Source: Camelus ferus (taxonomy: Eukaryota). From it: a stretch of DNA of 64,000 bases. The DNA lies in the NCBI RefSeq assembly GCF_009834535.1, contig NC_045696.1:121274001-121338000 (forward strand). The letters run 5' to 3'. The notes beneath the pieces were generated by a model. It was not told where the DNA came from. It did no database searches and saw only the letters and a program-made list of their open reading frames with translations. Position 1 is the first letter of the stretch. The number at the start of each line of letters is the position of its first letter. Both the position numbers and the translations under genes were made by a program. Positions 27,170-40,456 of this stretch are shown here, in pieces.

Positions 27170-28309
27170 AAACCATTCACCTCCCAGTCCAAACTGAAGA
27201 AAGAGCCTCTGCTTTGTTCTGAACAGGGCCTGCTCAACTCCAGGTTACTGGGTCTGGGTGAGATACTACCACGGGATGGAGGTCCTGGGGTCTACAGCTC
27301 CGGGCCCGAGGCTCAGCAGTGAATGACTGAGGGCCCCGGACAATCAGCACAGCCAAGGGCAGGAACGGCCATTAAGACCCAGGGTCAGAGGTGCCTGGGG
27401 CCCCTCAGCTCTGTGAGCAAGTGCTCATCTGAATGGAGGGAAACTGCTCAAACACCTGAGAGCCCTGGGCCACCAATAAGGCCCCAGCCCCCCTGCACGT
27501 GACAGAAGTCAGTTAGAGGACAAGTTAGAGATACTTAAGAGATGACTAAGTGGGAAGAAGCCGTCATAAGCCTTTAAGTGAGACGCTTAACACTGCTACC
27601 ACGGACCCGAGGGTCTGTAACAGCACCAGGGAGATACCACAAAGCAGTTTGGTGAGTCTTTCTGAAACCAGGGGGGATAATGGGGGAGAAAGAATGTAAT
27701 AATCACAAGGCCGTGACATCAAGGCACACTACAGCTCTCAGCTCGTGCTAATGTCAAAAGGCAGCGGTTCATGAAAGTGTCACACAATCTCCACAGGACA
27801 CTAAAAACCCCCAATATAATTCCTTCTTGGGAATAAAGTCTTTCCTACTGTCCCGAGGCAGAACGCACTGCCCTTCCAGGACGCTGCGACTATAGACCAC
27901 TTCTCATATCTGCTCACGGCTCGTGTGCTGTCATATCGTTTGTTGTCCACATTTGTTTCACTCAGACGGTGAACCCAGGGGGTGGGTGAGAGAGGTTCAG
28001 AGGAGGCCCTCTTCCCACCGACTGATTCGCGACAAACACACAGCAAAGGTTTGTAAATGAATGATGAATGAGTAAAGAAGCGAACACACAAGAGTGAACT
28101 GATGGGTGTATAAACGGCAGAGAACTTCCTGTAGGTGAAAGCGAACCACGCAGCCCAGGAGGTCAGCTGGTGCTTTAAGATGATGAGGAACCCCTTGAGA
28201 TGCCGCCTTACCTTTCTCAGCCTGGTGCCCATGAGTGACTCTCCGAAAAAGCTCTGCCGCGTCCCCAGATCGCCCCTCCCTAGCTAGGCTCCAGGAAAAC
28301 AGAGTCCTC

Positions 28310-28835
28310 TGCAAATGCATTTACTGATGTGATGTGCTTTGGGACTCAAGGACACAGTTGGAGGGACATCAGAAATAAACAGGAGGTTGGCGAGGAAGGG
28401 GGTGGAGACTGCACAAATGTTCCTGTACGTACAAGACTCACCAGGCGGCGCAACAGCCTGCTTTTCAGGCCTCCCTCTGCAGGGAGGGTAATGGACTAGC
28501 ACAAGAGTCCTGTCTCCCATGGGCACCCTGACGCCCGCTACAGATGCCATCACTGGCTGGGAGCAGCTCCCAGGCGGCCTGGCCTCGGAATGAGGGCAGA
28601 GGTGGATTTCAGAGCAGCACCTGATGGCTTTGTGGAACCTTCTTTGGATGGCCTGGCATTCCAGGACCCACTACCTCTCTCCCTCCCTCTTTACTTATGG
28701 TCGGACTTGCACTGTGGTCTGTCAGCTCTCCCCGACTTCCTCCCCATGCTCCAATACAGGCATTTCTCCTAATAAAACCCTCGCACACTTAATCCTGGTG
28801 TGCCGTCCGATTCCTAGATTATTTGGACTAACACA
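28310..28835 (+). mobile_element. Old ERVL-type LTR (MER54/MER74-like)
   Basis: 3' end 'tttctcctaataaaaccctcgcacacttaatcc...ggactaacaca'. 5' boundary uncertain. Confidence 0.5.
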
Positions 28836-29303
28836 CAGAGTGACCTCAGACAAGTTACTTCACCTTTTAATCTGTTTCCTTACCTGTAAAACAGGGTTAA
28901 TAACACCTTTCCCACAGGTGTTGTAAGAATGACTGTGATCATGCATGCGAAGCTCTCAACCCTGTCCCCATAAATATAGGTGCTTAAGAAATGTTTCGTT
29001 TCTTCCCTCTCAAGTCTTCTCTTTTCCTTTGAAATGTTCCTAGCAGTGGGGATAGTCATATTTACCCGTGCACCTGTGACCTGGGGCATTTGGGAACAAA
29101 TGGACACTTAGCATAATAAAATTGTCCCGTTTTAATTACAGACCCTCCCCCTTCTCATGAACTGCTTCTCAATTTGGGGGATGTCTCACTTCGCAGACCT
29201 TCCTGAAATCTTTGATCTGTTTAATAATGTGAGTTGAAAGGGGAAAAACACCTGCAAGGAGAAACCTTGTTCCACTTCATGTTTGAACGTTATTCCTCCT
29301 TCA

Positions 29304-29402
<99 letters not shown>

Positions 29403-31397
29403 CTAAAGGAGAGCGCACACATCAGGGCAGGAGCGGCTGGACCCGCGGCCCAGGGGTTCATGAACGAACTCAGCTGCTGTCTGACTCCCAAATCATCAGA
29501 GACTAACACCTGGCACGGAATCCCCTCAACCCCAGTGACACGGCAGTGTTTCCGGGTGTACAGGGAACTCCCTGCAACACACAACAGAAGGGACTGGATT
29601 TCATTTATGCTGTGCATGAGAACTTGAGGGGAGGGGTATAGGATGGAGGAAGGGCCCTGGAGCAGCGGTTAGGAAGAGCTTCTTCCTTTAAAGGTCACAC
29701 AGCGTGAACAGCACATCCATACAAAATTACATACATTTTTTCCTTTGGGAAGTTACAAAGAAGGAGCAGGCAGCAACCTTTCTCCATTCTTGAGAATCAA
29801 GAACCAACAAGGAATGGGAACCAAACTGCTATGTCGTTTCCAGACCGATGTTTACAAGGGTCAGCAAAGAAATGCTCTAATTCCTGTTTCAAAAAAGTCT
29901 GTCCCTGTGCTTTCCGAGATGGAGGGGAGAGAGAGAGACAGAGACTGGTCTCGAGAGAGAATAAAAATCTAAACCCATAACTCCCAAGAACAGAGAACTC
30001 CTGACAAGGGTTTCGGTATTAGTGAAGAGATTAGTGAGTAGCTAGGAGCCTCTTTCATAAACGATCACATCCCCATATTTAATAGTGACCCTCACAGCCT
30101 TGGAGCAAAAATTGGTGGAGAAAGAAATTAGGAGGCAAACAGTAACAACAACAAAAATCCTGACACCAGTCTCGTTGCATACAGGTTAAGCCACTTCTAA
30201 ATAACGTCACACCTTCACCATGGACTCAGAGGCCGCAGCACGTGCACACTCTTATCAAAGCTGTTATGTAGAGACACTGGGCTCTAATTCAATCTCGTAT
30301 CCACTCTGGGCTCAACATTCCCATTATGAGTTGAGTTCATCTGTTCTGAGTACACACTGGTGGCCTCGGGAGATTTTTATTTCATGTGTGATCTTAAAGC
30401 TGTCTTAAAGGTTGTCTAAAAAGGGAAAGACCCCTCCATAAGTGTGGAGGGTAGGAGGCATGGGTCCAGACACACAGTGAAAACTCAAGAACTACTTGAT
30501 AAGCCAGGAATCCTCCCATTCAGAGTTTTCATTCCTTTCTCATTTGTTCCTGATCACCTGCAATGCCTCTTACATGCCTCTTGAGCCATGATCTTTGTTT
30601 TGGGGTCAAAGACACCTTTGGAAAGATGAAAGTTTTAGTCTCCATCTGCAAAGTCTCAAAACTTTGCACCTGTTTTGAAGTGTTTTCCAGAAATTATTGA
30701 AGCCATTTTTCTGATCCAAGGACCCAGGAGTAAAAGAAGGATTTAAATATTTAAAATTAAGAAGGAGATCAAATTTTTCTGGGCTGCGTGGAGGAAGAAA
30801 ATCTCCAAGACATCTTAGAGAAAAGGTGGCAAGATGAGCTTCTGTCCTCCTGGGGAAGAACCAAGGAAAATCGCAGACCTGGTTCACTGTCCCAAGGCTC
30901 ATCTGGGATTGTAGGCTCTGGGAGCAAGCCCGTGGGTTCATGACTTTTAGAGCAGCAGTGGGGTCTCCACAGACCATTTGAACCATCTGCTCATGACTGA
31001 ACACGGTAGGCAAAGAGAAGCTTGGACATGATGTGTCATTTAAAACATTCAAGCCAACAAACCCAGGGAAGTTCTTGTAAGAATGGTCACAGCTTTCAGC
31101 AGTGGAAATGAAAGACTCCTGAATTTTTCCTTTAAAAATGGCTTAATTTTTTTTTTAATGAATCAGTCACTTTCAAGTTAAAAAGGAATGTTCAAAGAAC
31201 TCAGAAGGTTTGCCTCGCAAGCAATTCAGATGCTCCTGGTACTTTTTTCTACCCACTGCTACTATTATTAACATTTTCGTCCACACAGCTAAACGATTAG
31301 ACTACTTTATTTTTCTCAAGGGCTCTAATACAAGATGCCAAAGTTTCAAATACTGGAGCTCTACTTGAAAATTTAATATTTTATTTAGAAACACTTC

Positions 31398-31597
31398 CAG
31401 TATTGCTCAATAGAACAGTCTGCAATGACAGAGCTATTCTGTAATCTGCACTCCCAATAAAGTAGCTGCTAGCCACGAGGAACTACCGAGCACTTGATAC
31501 TGGTTAAGAGTAAGAAATGGCTAGTTGCTTTTATTTAATTTAAATAATTTTATGTAAGTTTAAATAATCACATGGCTACTAAAAAGAACAGCACAGC
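31398..31597. mobile_element. MER3/MER33-like hAT MITE
   Basis: 'caatagaacagtctgcaatga...gtagctgctagccac...cacatggcta'. Confidence 0.6.
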
Positions 31598-31894
31598 TCC
31601 AAACTATCATATTAAAGAGGAGTTAAATGCTGGGCTCTCTGATCCTGAGGCAACAGACCAAACCTCAGACTAAATGCTATTAGAGCACATTTTTTTTTCT
31701 CAAAAAAAAAAGAAGAAGAAGAAGAAGCGGGGATATGTAGCTTTAATTATTTGAAAATTCCAGACAATTCCATATTCTTATTGTGCTCAGTAACTCCATC
31801 TCTGTCCCCTGCTAAAAATGATATTTCATTGCAGAAGTGCTTAGTTGAAGTGAGTAGCCTCACTTTCCAATCCTTCTCCTGGGATGGAAGGTCA

Positions 31895-32149
<255 letters not shown>

Positions 32150-32844
32150 CTAACATCCCCTACAAACCCCGGCACTGACAGCTCTGCTGGAAATTAAGAC
32201 ATCTATGTCTGTTTATTTCCCGAGGTTCTTCCACACACTGCCTCTAAATGCAGGTACCCCTTCCCTCCTCTATCGCATGTGACGTGTAAGAGTGTGGGGG
32301 CCATTACAGATAACTCAGTCGATGAGGAGGTGGCTTAATTGCTGCTAAAACACTTAACATTAAAATGAGCTGGAACATATTGGATATGGACATAAAGTAG
32401 ATGAAGTTTCAAAATGACCCCAAATTAGCACTAAAAGTTCTGTGTAGTGTGGGGGTGGGGGGCAGGGAGGGAAAGAAACTCAAGGTCCAAATAGACAGCT
32501 TCTGTATCCATACTCTCCAGAGTCCTATTTTAAATATATTCATTAGGAAGCTGTAAAGTCAGTGATCAGGAAACGGATGCTGAGACAAGCTGACAGGAGT
32601 AATTGGGGTCCTCTCCATGATTCAGGGTCAATGCGCAACGAGCACTGATACTAAAATCATCATTACACTGGGAGCTATTCTGAGCAGAATCTGCCCACCC
32701 ACCTTGTTTTCTTTCCTGAAAGAGAAGAGTGGCAAGGTACCGAGGCCCTGACGGACGAGCACCCACAATTCCCAAAGCAGACAGGGCTTGAAAGAACCAA
32801 GTGAAAGCTGTGCTCTGACTGAGGACAAAGTCCCCTGTTGCGAT

Positions 32845-33379
32845 CAGTGGCCTCTGCCTAAAATGGCCCCAGGGATCCTCGCTTCTTGACATTCACACCA
32901 TTGGTAATTCCCTCCTCTTGAGTGTGGGATGGATCCAGTGACTGGCGTCTAGTGAACAGGATACCACACAAGCAATGGGATGTCACTTCTGAGATTAGGT
33001 CACGACATCTCTGTGACTTCCCTCTTGTTCACTGTATCTCACTGTCTCCTTCCCAGAGTCTCTGCACTGGAGAAGCAGGCTGTGAACAGCCATGGAGAAC
33101 ACCCCACATGGCACGGAAGTGAGGTCTCCAGTCCACGGAGGGGAGAACCAGAGGCCTGCCCACAGCCACACGCGTGAGCCTGGAAGCAGGTGCTCCTCCA
33201 GGTTGAGTCTTGAGAGAACGACACCTCGACTGCAGGCCCGTAAGAGACCCCAACCCAGAGGACCTGGCCACGCTGCCTGATCCCTGACACACAGAAACAG
33301 TGATATAATCAATGTGGGCTTTTTTAAGACTTCAAGTTTTGGGGTAATTTTTTAATGCAGCAATAGGTAAAAATGCACA
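32845..33379 (+). mobile_element. MaLR MLT1 solo LTR
   Basis: 'aaatggccccagggatcctc...ttgagtgtggg...gatgtcacttctgagattagg...aagttttggggtaatt...gcagcaatag'. Confidence 0.8.
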
Positions 33380-33603
33380 TAAGATAGGGAAGGCAATCTC
33401 TGCAAAAAGTCAGGATGTGAACCCATTCTCTGAAATCCTTCTAGCCTTTTCTCTGTATTAGAGCAATAAAAATATTAGAAGCGTGCTGATATCAAACACA
33501 AAAAGTTCAGGGAACTTCGCTAGACCAACCAGATTTAAAGATCATGATGTTCAGTCTGCTATATTCTGAAGAGGAAGGAGCATTTCTGTGAAAATCACCA
33601 GGC

Positions 33604-33832
33604 GATGATGACGATGATAATGATGATGATGATGATGACGACGAATATGATGGAGATGATGGTGGCGGTGGTGATGCTGCTGACAATGCCAATGATGGAG
33701 AAGATGGTGGTGGTAGTGATGGTGATGATGGTGATAATGATGACAGAGATAATGATGATGATGATGACAGTGGTGACAATGATGACAATGATGGTGATGA
33801 TGATGACAGTGATGGTGACAACATTAATGACA
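33604..33832. repeat. Imperfect (GAT/GGT)n trinucleotide repeat
   Basis: About 230 bp of gat/ggt/aat/gac triplets; source of the low-complexity ORFs here. Confidence 0.93.
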
Positions 33833-33879
33833 GCAATGGAAGCACCCATGGAAGTACAGGTACTATGTGGCAGATGCCT

Positions 33880-34480
33880 TATTCACTCTACAAATAATTA
33901 TTTAGCTCCACTGTATGACAAACCTGGCACCAGGCACTAAGCAGAGTCAGATGCAACATCTGACCCCTGGAGCTGACATTTTAGTGAAGGAGACAGGAAT
34001 TCACCAAACAGTCAAATAAACGAATGTAACTCATCACAAAGGAGAGACACACTGGCCATGGTGGGGATGGTGAATGGACAGATGGCAGGTGATGAGCAGA
34101 CTGTAGTCCAGGTGGGAGGGGATAGTGGCCGTGGAGATGGAGACAAGTGACCGGATTCTGAGATGCTCAGGTACAAGACAGTCAGCACTTGGACATGGAC
34201 TAACCATGGTGAGAGCCAGAGGCATCATAAATGCATCACTGGATCGGACAGTCCCACCATGCAGTAAGCTGAGTCACAGGAAGAGGACGTGATATTGGAG
34301 GGCAAAGAACAAAGTACAGGGCAGAAAGCAGACCAGAGTAGGTTGAAGGGGAGAGGAAAAGGGAAGGAAATGTTAGAAGCATGTGAAGACACAGTTCTTT
34401 CAACAAGTTTGGCTCTGAAGTGGGGAAGAGAGAACAGACTCTGAAGGGAAGGGGAAATTCAGTATGGTTTTGGTTTTAGC
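33880..34480. mobile_element. L2 LINE fragments
   Basis: 'ggagctgacattttagtgaaggagacag', 'gtagtccaggtggga', 'gacacagttctttcaacaagtttggctctgaa'. Confidence 0.55.
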
Positions 34481-35139
34481 AGTCTCTTTGTTGCTAATTT
34501 TACAGCCCACAAGTTTGGTCTGATTAATTTCCTTTTGTAGATGAGGAAAACTGGACATGGAGGGTTTCAGTAACTTTCCCAAGACCACAGAGCTAAGAAG
34601 GAATGTGTCAGGGATTTGAACACAGGTCTGACTCCAGAAACCAGTTACACTATGACTGGTAAGCAAACTCATAAAATAGATTTAGAAAATGTTCACAGCT
34701 GGATATTCACCATATGTGTTTGCTTTTAAGCCCTCCATCTCATGTTAGTGTGCTCAATCTGCAACATGTAAATGCGGAGAAAATGATATAGAAGTCATCA
34801 AGTTAAGAAGAAAGTAAGACCTTAAGGATGAAGTAATCTGAAGACACTGGCTTTGGTTAAGGGCAGGGGAGCATAACAATTGAGAATGCCGGGCTTTTTC
34901 TTTTTTAAATTTATAGTTGACTATCAAAAAAATGACATGAAAAACTTCAGATGATAAAGGAATTAGCATTCCTTCCCATAGTTCATTCTGAATCCAAACT
35001 CCTTATCTGTTCCACCCTACTCATTAAGAACGTTCCAATGCTTTCAGTCCTTAGGCAAAATCATCATTCCTTCCCCTCCCCATTCCCACACTGTCACTTA
35101 TTCTAGAAAAGCTACCACTTCCTAGAACAATGTAGAGAT

Positions 35140-35460
35140 TATTTTTTTTAAATTAAAGCATAGTCAGTTTACAGTGTTGTGTCAATTTCTCGTGTACAGC
35201 ATAATGTTTCACTCATACGTACACATACATATATTCCTTTCATATTCTTTTTCATTATAGGTTACTACAAGATACTGAAAGTAGTTCCCTGTGCTGTACA
35301 GTAGAAATTTGTTGTTTATCTATTTTATGTATAGTAGTTTGTATCTGCGAATCCCAAACTCCCGATTTATCCCTTCCTAACCCCTTTCCTCCCTGGTAAC
35401 CATAAGTTTGTTTTCTATGTCTGTGAGCCTGTTTCTGTTTTGTAAATAAGTTCATTTGTA
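35140..35460 (-). mobile_element. Young L1 3' end
   Basis: Reverse complement of the L1 3'UTR; imperfect TSD tgtaga..ttattttt on both sides. Confidence 0.9.
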
Positions 35461-36800
35461 GATGTTATTTTTTAACTTGGGATGAACCAAAACACAGAAA
35501 CACAGAAGACAAACAGCAAAAGGACATTAGGAAGACTCTGTGGTTTCTCTCTAGGGGTTTTTCAGCAACGGCGTTGGGAAAACATGTGAATAAACGACAA
35601 AACAAGATCCCGAGAAGCAGTAGCCAGGCCGACATCTGACTAAAGAAAGGCAACTTTATGCCCTGTTTCCCAAATCAATCTGGTCTCAGAAATACTTTTG
35701 CCCAATGTCATTGTGTTTCATCCACACTGGTCACCTATTTCCATTGCTCTGAGTGACCCCCAAACCCTCTCAGCACTGGGATGACCTATGCCTTGGGTTA
35801 CTAGGTGTAGGGAGACCATCTTTACAGACTGTGTCTTCCAAGACCCACATTCTCTTTCTTCAAGGAAGACCAAGGGGGACTCAACCTATGGGAACCTGGA
35901 TGGTCACAGCTCTCTCCTCACTGCTGACTTATTTAGAAATGCCAACATTTCCATTTGTAGGGTCTGAAGAGAATGCTACCATGTACCACCTCTGCTTTTT
36001 ACAAAGCTCAGAAGATAAGCAATTTCTCGGGAAACATTCCTTCCCAAGAAACGGGCATTTGAGGAGACAAGTGGTTAATGAAGCAGGCATGCAAACGAAC
36101 TTATTTGACAACCCCATGCTTCCAGTCAGCCCCGAAGAATGAGTAATAATTAGGGTGTCACTGTAATAATGATGACAGAGACTGGCTATCCGCCCTGCCA
36201 TGCTGAGGACAGTGGGCGGGGACAGGAGGACACCAGCTGCAGCGCTGATGGACAGAGCAAAGCCCACTGTTGCAATCCCACCTCTCATCACGCTTTGATG
36301 CAGCGGAAGCAACTGCACTAGGCTCAAAAAGGCCCTGGGTCTCGTCGGAGGAGGGAGTTAGAGTGACAAGGACCCACCCTGGTCCCAGCTGACATCTGAG
36401 GCCAACAAACAGGCAGCTCTGATGGCTCTGGGTGAAAGTCCTCTAACTGTATCCTTCTCACCCTATAGTGGGGTCATCTTCCAACAGAAGGGTGGATGCA
36501 GGGGAGGAATCACTCTTTCAGCAAAGTCGGACCAGAGGGACACGAGTACCCTTAAGTCCTTGATCTGCACTCACACATGGATCTGGGGAGGACGTGCGAC
36601 TTCCCCCTGAATGGACCGTGTTTGAACAGCAGGGAACCACATTTTCCAGGAAAGTCCATTGTTCCATTTAAATGAATGGGAACAAAGCCAGAATAAAACA
36701 CACTTTGGCCCATATTTCAACAAGTGTATGTTCAGCTGAACTTGCTTACAAAGTCTTTCAAAACAGTCAGTTTGGGGACTAGACAGTCGTCATGAGATCT

Positions 36801-37454
36801 TGTTGCCGGTGGACGTAACCAGTGCCCAGGTCTTTGTCCCGTTCCAGAAAGAATTCAGAGCCGATACATGGAGGTCAAGAAAGTAAAGCGAGGACTTACT
36901 AAGGGATGGATAGCACACTCCCAAGGGGAGGGCGGGCAGGCTCAGGTGAGCGGCTGCCCCGAGTTTCTTTGACAGGCTGGTTACACAAGGTGTAAAAATG
37001 AATGGGTGGAATATTCACTGGGGAAGAAGGTGTTTGAGATCATATTCCCTGATTGTCAGCTCAGCTCCACCTTCCCAAAAGGAGGAGGGATTTTTGTCCT
37101 TATTTAGTCTGGATGGGAAATGTCTTGGCACCAATGCATGATGAGTACTTCTCATCTGCAAGGCTAACGTTATGGTAATGAGGGCATAATGAGCAAAAGG
37201 TTACATTTGGACACTGGAGATTCTGGCCTTTTCCCACCTTTCTTTGCCTGCTTCCAGGCCATTCGTCACCCCAGAATGTGTAATTTCCTATCAGTCGGAA
37301 ATTCCTGCTTTTCTTTGCCCAGGGACCCCCGATATTCACAAGATGTATGGCTTCCTGCCAGCTGGTCTGTGCCCCACCCTTTCTGCCCAAATCCTGTCAT
37401 TTGGCCTGCATCCCCCTTTCTCTGCTCATATCTAGCCATCTGCCTGCTCTAACA
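36801..37454 (-). mobile_element. ERV1-type solo LTR (654 bp)
   Basis: TG...CA termini (tgttgcc...ctctaaca) and 4-bp TSD atct at 36797-36800 and 37455-37458. Confidence 0.85.
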
Positions 37455-38140
37455 ATCTCTCTTTTACTGAAAATACCTTCTGATTATTTTTTGAAATCGC
37501 TCTAAACTCTAGCGCAACAACAAACATTTAGTGAACCTCTTCTCTGTGCCTGGCACTGATATGAGGCCACAGTGGTGAACAGGTGAAACACACCTTTACA
37601 ATACCTGACAGTCGCACTTCTGTTAGCCAGCACTGATGATGCCCGAAGTGTGATCAGAGAACTTTCATTCCTTGAAAGGCAAGTAAATATTGTATAAAAG
37701 AAGTCTTTGTGTGCAAAAGCCTAGAGATCACAGGATGGGAAAAAACTGACATCTTCACTGCAGGACCTCAGCAGAGCTTTAGCTGTGAATCACCCTGAGC
37801 ACAGCCATGGAAGGCGCATTTCTTGCTCTTCCAGCCCCAGAACCGGGGGGTCGAAGGGCATTCCTAGGGTTCTGCTCCCACCACTGTGGGACGACCACGG
37901 TTCCGAGGGCTTGCTGTGCAACAGGGGGACTGGCCCAGGTCCCCCTGGATCTTACTCCTGCAGAGCTGGAAGTGTTAGGGAGTCAGATAAGTGGGGGCAC
38001 AGAGCAGATAAGGTGGAGGAGAGGGAGGAGGGTCCGGAAGATGGCAGTGTGCCTGCCTTCAGCATAGAGGGGCTTTACATCCTCTAAAGGAGCACCAGCA
38101 AGAGCCCAGTTAGAACCCAACCACTGCAACTGTGCGGAAG

Positions 38141-38519
38141 TGAGAAGGACCTAACAGGACAGGACCCAGCGCTCATTGTAACGTAATTAATACGTCGGTT
38201 TAGGCCCCTCCATGGGTGTTTCTGTGTGCATCACGGGTAAGGACACGCGCAAAGGGGCCAAACATGACTAAGCACTCCAGGGACAAGAGTCGTCAGTCAA
38301 CCAAGAGACCACCTCTAAGCGAGGCTGTAAAAGAAGGGGGCAGAGACCACTGCTCTCCGCCCCTGGATCAGCCCGCCTCCTGTTCTTGGAGGGGTGCTTT
38401 TCCTTTCCTAAATAAATCCTTTAAAGTCTTTCAGAACACAGTGCACTGTCCCTCTGACTGCAATCTTATCTTTCGGGTAAGACAAGAACTGAGGTCTTTT
38501 CCTTCCTTATGGGGTAACA
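38141..38519 (+). mobile_element. ERV1-type solo LTR (379 bp)
   Basis: tgaga...ggggtaaca, 4-bp TSD gaag at 38137-38140 and 38520-38523, TATA-like tgtaaaa near 38326, AATAAA at 38411-38416. Confidence 0.85.
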
Positions 38520-40043
38520 GAAGGGCTTCTGACAGCTGGCATTGGCAGAAGTCAGACCTGCTCATGGAGACCCTGGCCCTGACACTCTCCCTCCCTCTCC
38601 TGCCTGCCTTCCTCCCACCACTGACCCAAAGGACTCACGGTCCTATCTGAGCACACAGTGATACCTGAGGCCTGTGGCTTCCTGTGCACACTACCAATAA
38701 AGGGAAGCTTGACAACTGTTTTAAAGAGCATGAAAAAAGCCTTTAAGAGCTATGCTTTTTCTTATACTGTCCCTCTGCCTAGGATGATCCCACACTCTCC
38801 CCCAGGCAGCAAACCTTATTCACATTTTAAGCTCCAGTTACCAGTGTGGGATGGCTGCTGTGGTAGGAGGGGCTGAAGTCCTCTGGGCACGGAGGGCTGT
38901 CCCTCCATCCCTCACATTGCCCCCCTTCCCGCGCGTCCCACCTGGCTCCCTCCAGCATCTGTAACAGGGCCTGGGAACTTGCCAGAAATGCAGGCTCTCA
39001 GGGCCCACCCCAGACGCACTGACTCAGAATTTGCATTTTAATGAGATCCCCAGGTGATCTGCACATACATGAAAAGTGAGAAGTACAGAGCTGAGAAAGG
39101 GAGGACTGCACGCAGACAGTTTCAGTACAATAAGATCAGAGTGGAGGAATTCTACAAAAGGGCTTCAAAATGAATCTGTTCTGCCGATTTAGAGTTACTA
39201 AAGGTAAAGTTTAGGAGCCAAGAAAGGCACAAGGCTGGCGCTTTCTCCGTCATTTGGGGGAGAGGACACATGTGTGTACATTTGTTCAATGTAAACTCAG
39301 CACAGCCCTGGGCTCCCCAGTGGTCTCCGACCTGCAGAGGGACTGGCCTCAGGAGAAGGATTCAGCGAGAAGGGAGTGATGGAAGATCTCCTGGCCTAGG
39401 CCTCCTGTCTTATGCTTTCTATTAAACAGGGTTCTAATTACTTCCAGTGTAATTACAGGCTTTCCCCTTTTCCCTGACTTCATTAGCAAGGGATGGAGGG
39501 GAGGGAGAGGGATTTCAGGGCTGCCTGCATATTAATTACACATCTTGGCCTCATCGTCACAAAGGACCTGGCCCAGGGGCCGCCGCCCCACCCCGAGCCG
39601 GCACCTCGGACCGGTCAGAGAAAGGGAAAGAGCAGCCTCTCCCAGCGGCCAATGCCCAGGCAGGGCCTTGCGCCAGGTCAAGGGCGCAGGGCAGCTTTTC
39701 AACCACCGCCTGGGGGGCTGTGACCTGTCTTCTGTGAGGCTGGCGACCAAATACGAGCAGTCCGCAGGGCAGAGGAGGACTGAGGAAATCCCTTGACCAT
39801 TTTTAAGTGAAGGAAGCAAACTCCAACTTCGAGGTTGTTGGACTAAGTATCCATGCTACCGTTAACAGGGGAGGAGGCCAGGGGCTCGAAGGTAAGCAAG
39901 GTCACGCAACAATCAGAGAGTCATAACACGACAGCAAGACCTCTTGTTACGTGCCGGCTACTGCGCCCAAGTGCCTTTCGCGAGCTGATTTACTTAAGTC
40001 CCATGCCAGCCCCATGAAGGACGAGGAAACGAGGGACAGAGAG

Positions 40044-40456
40044 TATACTGGCCAGCTGGGTCTGCCACAACCAATTACCACCAGCTCAGTGGCATGACAT
40101 AACAGAACCGTGCTCTCTCCTGGTTCTGGGGGGCACAGTCTGCAGTCACGGTGTCTGCAGGGCCGCGGTCACTCCAGAGTCCCTCAGGGCGATTCCGATA
40201 GCTTGTTCCTTCCAGCACCAGGCGCCTGCTTCACCCACCCTCTTCACGCCACCGTCTCGCCCTCCTGTCTGCATCTCTCCTCGGTGGTTCTTTAATAAGG
40301 ACACCTGTCACTGGATTCATTCCACCTGAGCTCTTCATCCTGCAAGCCTTTACTTAATTAGATCTGCACAGACCTGTCCAAATAAGGTCACGTTCATGGA
40401 TTATGGGGCTTTGGATACAGACACACCTTTTGGGGGCCACCATCTGGCCCACGACA
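40044..40456 (-). mobile_element. MaLR MLT1 solo LTR inserted in a MIR
   Basis: 'aattaccaccagctcagtggc...ccaaataaggtcacgttcatgg...ttttgggggccaccatc...acgaca'; MIR halves on both flanks. Confidence 0.75.

Noticed and set aside
33507..33940. Poly-Ser, poly-Ile and poly-Met ORFs
   Set aside because: Translations of the GAT/GGT triplet repeat; no splice or homology support.
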